From Octopus vulgaris (lineage: Eukaryota): a DNA stretch of 64,000 nucleotides. This document shows positions 14,637-28,637 of this stretch, piece after piece; the first letter of the stretch is position 1; every line of letters begins with the position of its first letter. Location: positions 12,338,001 to 12,402,000 of the forward strand of contig OX597821.1 in the NCBI GenBank assembly GCA_951406725.2. Direction: 5' to 3'. The notes beneath the pieces were generated by a model. The model made no database searches. It was not told the DNA's origin and worked only from the letters and a program-made list of their open reading frames with translations. A program made the position numbers and the translations under genes.

Positions 14637-16262
14637 CAAATATATATGTATATGCATGTATATATATATGTATGTGTGTGTGTATACACGTGTACACGCA
14701 CATGTATGTGTATATATACGAAATCTTCTCTGTTTAATATGGCGTTTTGCAACCCAGATTACAGATTAGAATTATTGTTATTGCTGGAAAGTAATATTTT
14801 TGAGAGAGAAGGAAATATAGCAAATTGCTATTTACGTTATTAACTCTTTGGTTGCGGGGAAATCTAATGTCGGCTCCGGATTAATTTGGTGCAGAAATAT
14901 GATATATCGATCGGAGTATTACGGAACAGTTTTCATCTACTTTCTTATGTCTTCTCATCTTACTATCGCTCGCGTGACCCCACATATCTCCTATGGTATG
15001 AATATAAACGTTACGACAGCCACATAATTTATCCCCATAATTTTACTTCAATTATTGTCTCCCCTATGAAACTCATATCATATTTGACATCTCGTAAGGG
15101 TTGTATGCAATTTATCTTCCAATATATTTCTTAGAATAGGAAACTAAGAAGCGTGTCACCTCCGTGTATAGTTTTGCTATTGATTCCAAGAATAATAGAA
15201 GTGTAGGTACGAAGTTAAATCTGTCATAGTATGCACCATTTAGTTAACTCATTTACGAGCAAATTTCTATTCTGTATAGATAGCTATCATATGATTAAAT
15301 GATAGGTCGTGTCCCAACGATAAAAGTGTTCACCTTATGCTCATAATAACGTCGTTACAAATACTGGGCTGCGTGGGATAATTTTGCCCTCAAACCTGGT
15401 TCTACATTCTGGTTGATATAGCAAAAAGTATTGAATATGATGGAAAATTCTTCTTGTGCACATTGTATCAGAAACGAAGGCTGGCTGATAAAGGACACCA
15501 TAGTGGTAAAACGAAGAAACTTCGCAAAAGAGCAGCTTATATTGTGTAGATTGCGTCTAACTTTTAGACCGGCTCACCCCCATTATGCTGCAAGCTAATT
15601 GAAGACCCTAACTTGATGGTATATAATAGCAACAAGTAAAAGAAAACAACATTTTAACTCAGGCATTATAAGTTCAACTTGTTTAGTTTGGAGGCGGCCA
15701 TATTGACGTAGATCATTTTCTAAGAAATACTAAACAATCTAAACAGACACCTAGGTAAACTAATAAGGAAGCAATTAGGTGGTTGTTTGAAATGCTAAAA
15801 TGTATACAGAAATATCTCTAAAACTCAATTCTACATTTATAAAATAAATAAGGTGAGGTAAAAATACTGACTGACAGGAAAGTGTTTAATCAAGAAAATG
15901 TTGTGGCTACACATCAAAATAATAAAACACGAATCTAAGCAATCGTTTGTAATGCCTTAAAAACTAAATCATATAATATATGAGTCATATGGAAAAACAA
16001 AACAAAACATAATGACGTTGTAAAAGATAACCATTCGTTCTTGTTCACTTTCTATGCTATTTCGTTAACAAATTCAAAACCTGTAAAATCGTGTACATAA
16101 CAGTAAATACTCGCCAGTATGTGCTTGTGAATATAGAAGCTTGGCACTGAGTGTAAGATGAAAAGGTAAAAAGATGGCTGAAACACTTGGTTTTCGTCAG
16201 TAAGAATAGAGAAAGGAGAGGTCCGTAGAAAGACATTTTTTCACAATTATAACAAATTAAAT

Positions 16263-16372
16263 TCTCTGAAGAGGCCGTGGGGCATCCTTGTTAATGCCTC
16301 ATTTATACCTGCCTTTATGGTTTATAGGTTAAATGAGGTATGACTGCCCTTGCTGCCGAAACAGCTGTCAGA
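16263..16372 (+). ncRNA. minimal type I hammerhead ribozyme motif with long helix II
   Basis: TCT-CTGAAGA-GGC[~80 nt hairpin]GCC-GAA-ACAGCTGT-C-AGA: canonical core, palindromic helix III, GUC cleavage site. Confidence 0.8.
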
Positions 16373-17399
16373 TATGATATAATTACATATTATATTTTAT
16401 ATTTTATACTTATATTTCCTTGTCTATTTACATTTACTGTATATTTTGTATAATTCCTTTACTGATATGTAATGGTGTAATAAAGTATTGATTGGGTATC
16501 ATCTGATAGTTGATGTTTTATTGATTTAAGTATGTTTCTCCATTTTCTAATTTTGTAGTATATATATATACATACATTAATTTATAGCGGAGCATTGGCG
16601 TAACCAATGTTTACGTATGAGCACAATTTTGGTTAGTTGTGATTCGTTTGTCACATGTTTCATGTGCTAAAGGAAAATAAACAGCAGTTACTCTGAAAAA
16701 AATCTTATAGAAAAAATGTATGGAAACACTAGTTCGATCAGTGTAGCCATGTGTTAGGTATCTCAGACATCGATGTTTCGAGTGTTTTTTCACTCTTGTC
16801 AGTGAGATGTACCTAATAGAGCCAACTCCGAACAAACACAGTGAAGATTGTAGCTTTATATTTAATTCAGTCAACGTGTTGACTTTTGTTTTCTCCATAG
16901 TAACTTCAGGGTATTTGCCTTTAGCAGCTGACATATGTGACAAACATAATTCAACTAACATAAATTGTGCTTATACCTAAACACTGCTTCTGTCAATGCT
17001 TCGTTTTTCATCCTGATGGGGGTGATCTACTAGCGCAAATCAGTCAACGTGTTGGCTAAATTATGTATACAGCTGTTGATCTGACTTACATATTTTTTCA
17101 TGTTAAACTTGTTACTACAGAGCATGCGTATAAGAGAAGATTTCGGATATGAGAGCTGACGATAGCATACTTATAACTACACGTATATCGATACAAATAT
17201 TCCTATATATGCGTCTAAGTGTGTGCGGGTGTGTATACGCTTATATCCGTCTTGTATTTCTGTATACGAGTCTGTACCTAATATACATACAAAAATGGAC
17301 ATTTCACACAGGGAAAATATATACGTGTTAGGTGTAAACATTGCTCTCCATAAACTATAATTTCCACAAACTCACACAGATATATACACGTATTCATAT

Positions 17400-17441
<42 letters not shown>

Positions 17442-17936
17442 TTATGCGTGTTTGTATATGCAACAAGGTATAGCCATACACATCTACGCATTGCATTACT
17501 AGCTATTATCATAAAAGATAAAGAAAAAAATCAAGCATCCATTAATTTTATCAAAGAAATGTAATTTACGAGGTGAACAATGATATAAAAAACAATTTCT
17601 CGGATGCTCTCAGTAGAATGGAAAAACAATTGCGAAAGACGCAGCAAACAAGTAGAAAACATTAAAAAAAAAATATGTATAACAGTGATAATGTAAAAAA
17701 TTACAATAGCAACGCCAATATTCTGAAACCATATACGGTTTGCGGAAATGTTCCGCGACATAGATATTTCCTATTGTGATAATAGAAATGAGAAATCAAC
17801 TGTTTATTTAAGGAAGTATTTTTCGTTAATTTAAACATGCACAGAAGGACTCCAAACACACAACACACGTGCATATAAATAATTAATTATAAATATACTT
17901 ACATATAAGTCTCTATATATATAAATGCATTTATAC

Positions 17937-17983
<47 letters not shown>

Positions 17984-18076
17984 GAGGGAGAAACAGAGAG
18001 AAAGAAAGAAAGACAGAGATATATGTACATACATATACATACATACATATACATACATTCATACATTCATATATAG

Positions 18077-18165
<89 letters not shown>

Positions 18166-18639
18166 CAATCACGTTATCTAATAAATTATCAAAATATATA
18201 AATATATTGAAACGCGGTTACAATTTTGATTGTAAGCAAGAAAAGATGTTTCAAAAATATGAATACTTGTTTGAATAAATGGAGAGTATGTTTTTAATTA
18301 ACTATGTCGATATCCACCGTTTCGTACACCTTAATTTAATTATCTTTTCGAATGAGCGTTTGTGTCATAATATGCTAAATGTCATAAAATTAAGACCAGA
18401 ATGGTTCTGTGTCAAAATTTTTTTTCAAGTAATCTTTGTTCTTAGAATCATGATGCGTCCTCGTAAGCCGTTCTCTCAATACGTTCAAATTAATATTTCC
18501 ATCGTCTCGATTTAAAAGCCCTTATCGTTTGTTTTTACTGTGTTATTCTCCTTGTCCTGTCTTTTCCTATTTTATTTTTATTGATTTTACTGTCTTGTTT
18601 TGTTTATAATCTCCTGTTCTTCTCATCATTTTTAACCCT

Positions 18640-18860
18640 CCGCAAAAAATCCCAAATTATATTTAATTTGCTTTGCAGGAAGGACTGTTTCAAGAAGTCG
18701 TGTCTTGCCCTTACCTTCGAAACACGGAGTAGTCGAAGCAGGGACAGCTGACGGAAGGAAATGTTCTTTGTGTTGTATGTCTTGTACTCTGTTCTTACGT
18801 TTTGTTTTTGTTTTCGTTTCTCGTTGTGTTCTACGTTTTTTTGTGTCCCGTACCCATATA

Positions 18861-18862
<2 letters not shown>
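18640..18862. repeat. unclassified interspersed repeat abutting (TA)n (possible PLE terminal fragment)
   Basis: Inverted homologue at 39150-39343 (GAAGCAGGGACAGCTGA / TCAGTTGTCCCTGCTTC; GTACCCATAT / ATATGGGTAC). Confidence 0.6.
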
Positions 18863-18909
<47 letters not shown>

Positions 18910-18973
18910 CATATAGATGTAGCTATGTACATATATGTATGTATGTATGCATATGTTTTATTTATTAATTTGT

Positions 18974-19017
<44 letters not shown>

Positions 19018-19191
19018 AACATAAGAGGGATCAGCCATCTGAATGTGGCTAGGGTCAGGGCGGGATGGTGGGGGTGTTACTGATATATTTAGCCCCAGGT
19101 GAACATCGACGTCACCAGAAGAGCTGACACCATATCGGTGTCCTTGCCAGCCAGCAAAGGGAGATCAGCCTCCCCGAAGATACGGATACTA

Positions 19192-19234
19192 CACACGGAC
19201 CGGTTTCGAGGATATTGCCTCTTGTCAACGTATG
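19192..19234 (-). ncRNA. minimal type I hammerhead ribozyme, U3-A8 variant
   Basis: Minus strand CATACG-TTGACAA-GAGG caatat CCTC-GAA-ACCGGT-C-CGTGTG; helix I 6 bp (one GU), helix II 4 bp, palindromic helix III. Confidence 0.82.
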
Positions 19235-19551
19235 GTAAGCACCGCTCTTCGTTGAGGGACTTCCTCTACCGGCTGGATATATATAGATTTTCACAGTAAC
19301 CACAGTCACTGGCGTAGAAAATCTGTTCGAAAACAATAATAAATCTCTGGGCGAGATATAAACAGTAACTGCTCTATAACATAAGAGGGATCAGCCATCT
19401 GAATGTGGCTAGGGTCAGGGCGGGATGGTGGGGGTGTTACTGATGCATTTAGCCCCAGGCGAACATCGACGTCACCAGAAAAGCTGACACCATCTCGGTG
19501 TCCTTGCCAGCCAGCAAAGGGAGATCAGCCTTCCCGAAGTTACGGATACTA

Positions 19552-19590
19552 CACACGGACCGGTTTCGAGGTTATTGCCTCTTGTCAATG
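19552..19590 (-). ncRNA. second hammerhead copy, 5' strand of helix I lost
   Basis: Same core TTGACAA-GAGG caataa CCTC-GAAACCGGTC-CGTGTG, but the upstream pairing strand is replaced by the junction. Confidence 0.65.
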
Positions 19591-20152
19591 ATCAGATGGC
19601 TGATCCCTCTTATGTTAGAGGCTGTGAGCGGTTCCCCTGAAGGAAGAGAGTATGGTTGTTTTAGTGAGGAATTTCTTCCAAAATGCATCAGCTCAAATTT
19701 TCCCTCATTCAGTTGCATTTTGTTTCTGTCTGCCCATTGACTCACAGCATATAGATCAGACTGGAGTTGAGCTCGGTCTGCTTCTTCATTGACGATTTGC
19801 TGGAGCTTAGTGTCATCAGCGAATATTTTCACTTTGCAGTGATGTACGACACTGGAAAGGTCGTTTACGTAAATTATGAAGAGTAGCGGACCCAAAACAG
19901 TTCCCTGGGGAACACCGCTGGTGACTTTTGCTGGGTTTGAGTGAACTCCATCAACTACAACATGTTGTGTTCTATTCGCCAGGAAATACTGAATCCAGCG
20001 TAGAACTTTTCCACGGATTCCAACATTTGCCAATTTTGAGAGTAGGATGTTATGGTCTACCCTGTCGAACGCTTTACTGAAGTCAAGATATACGACGTCA
20101 GAGTTCGAACCTGTTCCCAAGGCTTTGAGTACATCTTCAATGTGGTGTAAGA

Positions 20153-20495
<343 letters not shown>

Positions 20496-20853
20496 AAACT
20501 GAGAATGTGTGTCTGTCTGTGTGAATCCCGAAAAACCTGAGAACTACACAACCAATTTCATTCAAATTTCACACATGCTTTACTTCGGGTTAGGGGGATG
20601 TCATGACCAAAAGCATTTTAAACTTTTTGCCTAGGGCGAGCCCACAGCAATATCATATCTTCACCACTATTTCCGTATTACGTGTTAAAAGTGAAACAAA
20701 AACATAGATGTATATGTATACATGTATATCTGTAGATGTATATATATATATAGATGTACATGTAATATGTACACATATATATATATACATAGTCACATAT
20801 ATACATGCATACATATATACACACATACACACATACACACACACACATACACA

Positions 20854-21016
20854 GGTGCCGGTGTGGCTGTGTGGTAAAAAACTTCCTTCCAAAATACATG
20901 GTTCTGGGTTCAGGCCCACTGTGTGGTGACTTGGCATGTGTCTTCTGCTATAGCCTCAGACCAACCAAAGCCTTGTCAGTGGATTTTGTAGACAGAAACT
21001 GAAAGAAATCAATCGT
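20854..21016 (+). mobile_element. SINE family A, diverged 5' half
   Basis: GGTGCCGGTGTGGCTGTGTGGTAA...GAAACTGAAAGAA. Confidence 0.8.
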
Positions 21017-21033
21017 ATATATAAATATATATA

Positions 21034-21418
21034 GGCGCAGGAGTGGCTGTGTGGTAAGTAGCTTGCTAACCAACCACATGGTTCCGGGTTCAGTCCCACT
21101 GCGTGGCATCTTGGGCAAGTGTCTTCTGCTATAGCCCCGGGCCGACCAATGCCTTGTGAGTGGATTTGGTAGACGGAAACTGAAAGAAGCCTGTCGTATA
21201 TATGTATATATATATATATGTCTGTGTTTGTCCCCCTAGCTTGACAACCGATGCTGGTGTGTTTACGTCCCCGTGACTTAGCGGTTCGGCAAAAAAGACC
21301 GATAGAATAAGTACTGGGCTGACAAAGAATAAGTCCCGGGGTCGATTTGCTCGACTAAAAGGCGGTGCTCCAGCATGGCCGCACTCAAATGACTGAAACA
21401 AGTAAAAGAGTAAAAGAG
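21034..21418 (+). mobile_element. SINE family A, full length
   Basis: GGCGCAGGAGTGGCTGTGTGG...AGTAAAAGAG. Confidence 0.9.
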
Positions 21419-22252
21419 AGTATGTATGTATGTATATATGTAAATCTGTGTGTGTGTCTTTGTATTTCTCCCTCATCACTGAGGGAGAAACACATAGTCC
21501 CCACATGGTAACCTTGATTTCAAGGCCTTCCCAGATGAGTGACTGGTTATTCAAAGGCATTTATAAATTATATATGTATTCTGTCCAGTTACGTATCAGT
21601 ATAGTGGTCATTTGCAAACTCCAACTTTCATTTTTCCTTAGCCCTCACGTCACACAATTGTTAATGTTTTTTTCAGTTGGTTCACGCCCTTCCAATTGCT
21701 ATATGTTCGTAATACATGTTACGGCTGTGCCTGTCACATGCATGTTGAGGAATACTACATTGGGAGTTGTAACGACTAGGGTAGGGTAGCTGACTGCTTA
21801 TTGTGATCATTCGTCTTTTGGTTTCTTGTAGCTTTGCTCTCTTTTACAAACCCAGTGAACATATATTTCCTATTTCAAAGAAATTCAAACATTTGATATA
21901 AGACCCAAATTAAAAACATTCTCAACAATTCAACTTCTCTGGTTGACATTAAGATGCCTATCCCCAATACTCTCACATTTTAGAGCTTCATGACCTCCAT
22001 TTTTCAGGAGCAAAATCCATTTAACATGTTCTATAAGACTGGAATTTTGGAATATGCGCATAAAAATCAGTAGTATGGGATACATGTGGCACGATTACAA
22101 TTTTGTTTGGGTGTGTAAAGAGGGAAATAACCCTCATCTGCAATTTTGATGAAATTCGAAACATAGGTATTTCAGTTCATTACAGAATATATAACAGAAA
22201 CGTCTACTTCTTCAATTGCATGTAACTCGGGCAACGCTGGGTAACTCTGCTA

Positions 22253-22308
<56 letters not shown>

Positions 22309-23485
22309 AGTAAGAAGTTATATTTATCGCCACATAAATGTGGCTGTGTCATAGGAACCGGCGTTACTACCATGGTTATTCGATGCAATCTGGTCTCGAC
22401 AAGCATTGCAAGCAGGGGAGTGAATCTCTACCATCTTCCAGCCATGAGAGTACCAAATATTTGATATTTCTAATGAAACCATACATTCACTAACCCGCTC
22501 TCACGAAGTCCATATAGTAAATGTAGGAAAGCACAGCAAGCGAGTATGGCTGCAAAGCGATTACTGTTCTCTGATGACCTTTTCTGTAGTCCTAACATTT
22601 TGTTGAACAATATAGAAATCTTTGAAATTTATTTTTGACTTGAATTTATTATGTTTAGAATATATATGATATATTCATATAGATATTTAAGAGCTTTAAT
22701 TTCTGAAGGAATGCAATGCAGCAATAGTGACAAGAAGAATTATATATATTAAAAAAACGCATATAAGCAAGACTACTAGCAGCAGTGCCTAGTCAATTAT
22801 ATCAGAAAGCGATCATAGACACTAGAGTGGTATACCATACACATCGATACTTAAATGTTAATATATCCAGAATTATCACGAATCACGACCACTGAAACAC
22901 TAACATGATGCCAACATTATCAAAACCAGGGTCTAAATGAAACATCGTAACTATTTGTACAAATGCTGAATTGCTTGAGTCGTTAAGCAAAATTCTTTGT
23001 TTGTACTTGTTCTGACTCCCTTTGATCTGATTTCATATATTACGTCCAGGTTAATTATTAATTATTAAATTTTTTCGGATCGATACATTAATGTACCAGC
23101 CCAGGATGTTGGGCTACAGAAATGTAAAAGTATTAGATAAGATTTCGTGCAGTATTGATTCCAACATTTTGCGCTCTTAATTTTTCGGTGGTAGACTTCT
23201 TCTCTGACCAGTTAAACAATACCAGCCCACTGCGAGCATTCGGGCCACGTCACCAATACAAGAGTATAAATTCCTCCCATTCTAATACCATTTTCGTTGG
23301 CCCTCCGAAAATAAAAGGTATTTAGAACTTCGTTACTGAACGTAGAATATGTTATTGTGTCACTAACACATTACTAACACAACTTCAGCCAAAGTGGCAG
23401 TTCCATCTATGAGAAATAGTAATGCAATTCTCTGATATCACTGCCCCGCCCCCGTCTAATAGTGGAAGGACAGCGTATATATTTG

Positions 23486-23713
23486 TTTCTTTATTGCCCA
23501 CAAGGGGCTAACACAGAGGGGACAAACAAGGACAGACAAACGGATTAAGTCGATTACATCGACATCAGTGCTTAACTGGTACTTAATTTATCGACCCCGA
23601 AAGGATAAAAGGCAAAGTCGACCTCAGCGGAATTTGAACTCAGAACGCAACGACAGACGCAGTACCGCTAAGCATTTCGCCCGGTGTGCTAACGTTTCTG
23701 CCAGCTCGCCGCC
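23486..23713 (-). mobile_element. SINE family B, full length
   Basis: Reverse complement of 58135-58365. Confidence 0.88.
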
Positions 23714-25509
23714 TTAATATATATATTAATATACAAAAATCGTCGGTCAAGACTGACCAGCACTGAACGGTTATAACAACTGCTAGTTCTACGACGCCGG
23801 CAACTACTATAACATTCTCCATTATCACTACTCCTCTCATATTAAATATAACCAGACGGCAAATAATAAAAATACAAGATTAAAGAAATACTAAAAAAAT
23901 AAATCAACTACGTCAGCTGAGCTTTTGACATTTCTCTTAACGACTTATAGATTTATGTTGTAAAATTTTAATTTATCTATTTTTATAGCATATAGCTATT
24001 TTGATATTTTGATTATTTAGAATACAACGAAAAATACACGCTAAACAACCAACAACGTAGGCAAAAAAACATAGCAATTTATAACAATATAATTATTAAA
24101 AAATATATTACAAAATATATCCAGAAAATAACAATAAATTTACAGTAATTTTTTATTACAGGAGTGAAATAAAAGAGCAAGCATCATAATCATAATGTTG
24201 CATCCCATTACTTCAAGCTGTTAGTTAATGTCAAGAGATTTTGTAAGGAGAACTAATCGTCTTAGTTTTGTTATGAAATCAAAGTGCAACGTCTTGCACA
24301 ATACACCACACACTTTCCCATACCGTCCATTCATCCTTGACATTCTCCATCTCAATTTTGAAACAATGCCACATTTTAACATCAATTTTATTTCAACATT
24401 GATTTCAGTTTTTTGAAGAGCACATTTTGTTTTTGTTTAATTATTGCGTGTCTCTACTAGAAATTACCATAATTTGTCAATTCATCCTAGCACCAAGTGG
24501 TTTTACAATCTGGGATTACGGTTTGCAAGAAATTTCAAATGCTGTAAATATTATTAGTAAAATTCTTAAAATCTTTTCGACTTGCGATGAGTACGCTTTG
24601 TTCTGACATTCAAGAGCATAGTAATAATTCCACTAACAAAATATAGAGTAATATTTTTTGTTAAAGAAACCATCTAACATTTCAGTAATTAGTTCGCCTG
24701 GCGCTCCGTAGCTTAGGAAATTGCATAAAAGCTACCCATGCTCACTTTGTCAACTCTGTAAATCTGATGCTTTGTTATACAGAAGGAATAAATGTTTTGT
24801 TTCTAGAGATGTCTGAATCATTATGCAGAGACATCAATCCTAGATAACAGATATTATCTTTGGTTAGCTTTCGAGCCGTTCTTCTAATTTCTGTTCCAAA
24901 GAAGTCTTGCTTTGCCCGCCAGTCTTCAAAAATAATAAAAGACATAGGTGATAATATATTACAATGCGTTCGGGCGTCTACTCACTTCTGCTTAATTATC
25001 AATGCAGCGACGAATACTGGATCTGATCATAAGAGATGAAATCGATCCAAAAAGATGTGTAGTAATAGCAACAACAACTATGGTGACAGACAGTCTTTAG
25101 CTTAGTTTCTCTGTTGCCCGAAACGGTGACGTGAATCAGATGTAATGAGGTGCGAAATGATGAAGATATGAGCAAAGAAGACATGACTAAAAGCTGTTAA
25201 ACTCGAAGTGATTGAAAGACCATGATAGATAGAGAGAGAGTGAAAGTGATAGAATTTGAATCACTGAAAGATTGACGCAGTTGGTTAGAAAATGCTGCCA
25301 CAATATGCTAATCATTAATTTGCGCTAGTGACACCAAATACATTGATTAATCTAAACACAGCGCAATCAAAAGACCATATATGAATTTAAATATCAAACT
25401 GTCTTTTGTTAGTTTTCTTTAACACTATTAATCATTTTCAAATGTCATTTCATTTATTTATTTATTTATTAATAGTGATACTTTTATTTTTATTTTGCTG
25501 TTTTTGCTG

Positions 25510-25593
25510 TTGCTGTTACTATTACTATTCTCTTCTTCTTCTTCTTATTCTACTTCTTCTTCTTCTCCCTTTTCTTCTTCTTCGTCTTCTTCG

Positions 25594-25624
<31 letters not shown>

Positions 25625-25809
25625 CTTCTGCTTCTTTTCTTCTTCTTCTTCTTCTTCTTCTTCTTCTAATTATTATTATTATTATTATTGTTGTTGTTGT
25701 TATTATTATTATTATTATTGCTGTTGTGCTGTTGTTATTACTATTATCATTACGACTATAATTATGATGATGATGATGATGGTGATCATCATCATCATCA
25801 TCATCATCA

Positions 25810-25849
<40 letters not shown>

Positions 25850-25855
25850 TACTTC
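25510..25855. repeat. compound (TTC)n/(TTA)n/(TCA)n microsatellite
   Basis: Direct observation. Confidence 0.92.
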
Positions 25856-26587
25856 CTTATTGTTTTGTTAGCGTATGATTTCTCTAATTTCGTCTTCTCG
25901 TGTCAGCTTACTGATTTGATCTCTTTAATTCTGTGCATATTTACATTTCATGCTGTACATTTTGTATAAAGATAACCTCTCCGTGGAAATAATGGTTTGT
26001 CAAACAAAACTGTGCTTTATTGTTATACTGTAAACAAAATCTGCTTATAACGTATAGTCGCATAGTTTGTGTAAACGAAACAGTATACGTAACATTTGTT
26101 AGTGCAAGTTCAGATGTATCATACAACATCTAGTTCCATGCATCGCTGATCAGAATTCCACAGAGGACCAACTTCACCTTTTATCAAAACCTGGAGCTAA
26201 GAAAGGCTGCTTTTAACAACACACTATGGATGATTAATTCAGCCTTGCAATTTTATGTTTTTACTATTAAAAAAAGTCCTTATCGTCGATATTAGAACAG
26301 TTACTTATATATGTTGATCCTGATACGTAGACGAAATGAATTTTGCCTATACAGTCACCTATGTAAATATTAACCCAGTTTATTGCAACGAACCTTTGAT
26401 ATTTTAAATTGCTTCTCTTCACGTTGACGAACTGTGATTTCAAACAGGTTATGTACTTACGTTTAGGGGGGGAATAAATGACTGAATAATTGAGCATATA
26501 AATCCTTGTACCAATCAATATATCTGTATGCTTACCTACCTACCTACCTACCTACCTACCTACCTATCTATCTACCTATCTATCTAA

Positions 26588-26624
<37 letters not shown>

Positions 26625-26717
26625 AACCAATCTATCTCTCTATCATCTCACAAATCCATATATGTATATGTATGCATGTGTGTATATATATGCGTGTGTG
26701 TTATGTATGTATATATG

Positions 26718-26750
<33 letters not shown>

Positions 26751-26944
26751 ATATATAAATACATACATATATATAAGTATGCGTGTATGCATACATGTAC
26801 ATATATATATATGTGTGTGCCCGTATATATACATATAGCTATATGCAGATATACATACACGCGCAAGTGCACACAAGCGCACACATATATACATATATGA
26901 ATTATATAGATGCATAAATCCATGCATAAATATACATATACATA

Positions 26945-27400
26945 TATGTGGCTGTGTGATAAGACGCTTGCTTCTCAGGCACATACTTGTGGGTTCTCTC
27001 CCTGTGCGTAGAACCGTAGAAAAGTTGTCTTCTACTTTATCCTCGGGACGACCAAAAGCTTGAGAATACATTTGGTAAACGGAAACAGTATAAAACCCGT
27101 TGTATATGTGTGTGTTTGTATGTCCACGTGTGTGTGTGTGTCTGTGTACGTGCGTGTGTGTATGTATGCATGTATGTCTATGTGTATGTTTCTTTGTGTA
27201 TGTGTTTGTCCCACCACCGCCATTTGACAACCGGTGTTGGCATGTTTGCTTCTCCAGAGCGTAGCGGTTCGCAAAAAAAAAATCATACAATAAATACCAG
27301 GCTAAAAAATATATGTACTGGGTTCGATTTATTCGACTAAAAATTCAAGGTGATGCTCCAGCATAGCCACAGTCTAATAACTGAAAAAAGTAAAAGATAA
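26945..27400 (+). mobile_element. SINE family A, old diverged copy
   Basis: GTGGCTGTGTG head, TTGACAACCGGTGTTGG, GATGCTCCAGCATAGCCACAGTC tail. Confidence 0.7.
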
Positions 27401-27701
27401 AGATAGAAGATAATTGTGTGGGAAAATTTTTTTTTTTTCAAATTGTTCTTTGGTAACGTTAGAGAACCATTTTCCTGTCCAGGTTTCAGTGTTTCTCTTT
27501 TTAAATATATATTTCGATATACTTGTATTTACTGCGCTGCAAAACATGAAAACTAACGTTAGACTAAACAAGATATTGCTAGAGAAAACAGTGTAAAATT
27601 CGGAATACACGTTTGCCTAGCTTACACTACATTTGGAAATTCATGAAGGTTCCCCTTCGCACTGAATCTACCCGATGTATCTGGTGTTACGTTATGTAGA
27701 A

Positions 27702-27985
27702 CAGTGCTGTTCAAAGTAGTTGCCCGCAGACCGGTCCGCGAGCCATCGGATTCCGGTATGGGACGAGTTTCCAGAAAAGAGAGAAACATTACAAAATGCT
27801 TATATAATGCTTATGTAATATTGTATTATTTGTTACAAGATTAAAAAAGAATTGTCAACTTTTATTATATACGTTATATATATTTTTTTTTCGCTATAAA
27901 CTTAGATTACTAAGAAATATTACCGGTCCCTGACACAATGGAAAAAAAGAAACAAACTGCCGGTACATCACACCAGATAGGAATT
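27702..27985. mobile_element. possible degenerate hAT-type MITE
   Basis: Starts CAGTGCTGTTCAAAGT..CCGCAGACCGGTCCGCG with repeated CCGGT subterminal motifs; right end not clear. Confidence 0.3.
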
Positions 27986-28299
27986 TAAAGGGCTGAAGTT
28001 TCGTAACCGAAATGGACGGGACGTTCTATTGAACTTGACATCTTAGCCTCTTGAACGTGAAAAACGCTTTGATTTTTCTCGAGCGTCAAATTAGTATACA
28101 GTGTCTGTTGTTCCTTCACCCACATCTGTTTCTTGTTTTAGTTTTTTCTTCCTAGCTTTTTGTACAATTTTCAACCACCTGCATATTTACAAATACACAC
28201 ACTCAAATATATATCTATCTATCTCTTTCTCTCTCTCTTTATATATATATACCTATACACATATATCTACATATATATATTTCCATATATATATATATA

Positions 28300-28436
28300 A
28301 ACAGTTGCAGCGTGGAAGGTGTTTGTAAGCCATTTAAGAAACACACAAAAGCCGTTCGATTCACTTCAACATTTAAGTTTAATTTGTCAAAATATTTTTG
28401 TCAGTGAACAGGTCGCGGTCTTATAGCGACGAAAAT
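28300..28436. mobile_element. PLE-type terminal fragment carrying a hammerhead split by an inversion
   Basis: Plus strand TTGTCA-GTGAACAG-GTCGC..GCGAC-GAAAAT; the remainder AAATATTTTGACAAA is on the minus strand immediately upstream. Confidence 0.55.
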
Positions 28437-28583
28437 CACTTGCTATGCGAGTACATCTCTGTAATATATATATATATATACATATGTATATACATATATA
28501 TACATATTTATATACATATATAAATACATACATATATATATATATAAGTGTGTATATATATGTATATATATATATATATACAT

Positions 28584-28637
<54 letters not shown>

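Larger units (their letters stand above)
19015..19590 (-). mobile_element. 1.6 tandem copies of a 360-bp hammerhead-bearing unit (retrozyme-like or PLE pseudo-LTR)
   Basis: 19015-19230 recurs at 19375-19590 with few mismatches; one hammerhead per unit; ends in (TA)n. Confidence 0.75.

Noticed and set aside
16611-17090. 116-aa minus-strand ORF and a nearby GTAAGT as a possible host exon
   Set aside because: No recognisable protein motif and no consistent acceptor/donor pair
18665-18765. GAAGG/CCTTC-GAAAC and a nearby CTGACGG as a possible hammerhead
   Set aside because: Core spacing and helix I/III pairing do not work, and the homologue at 39300 does not keep GAAA
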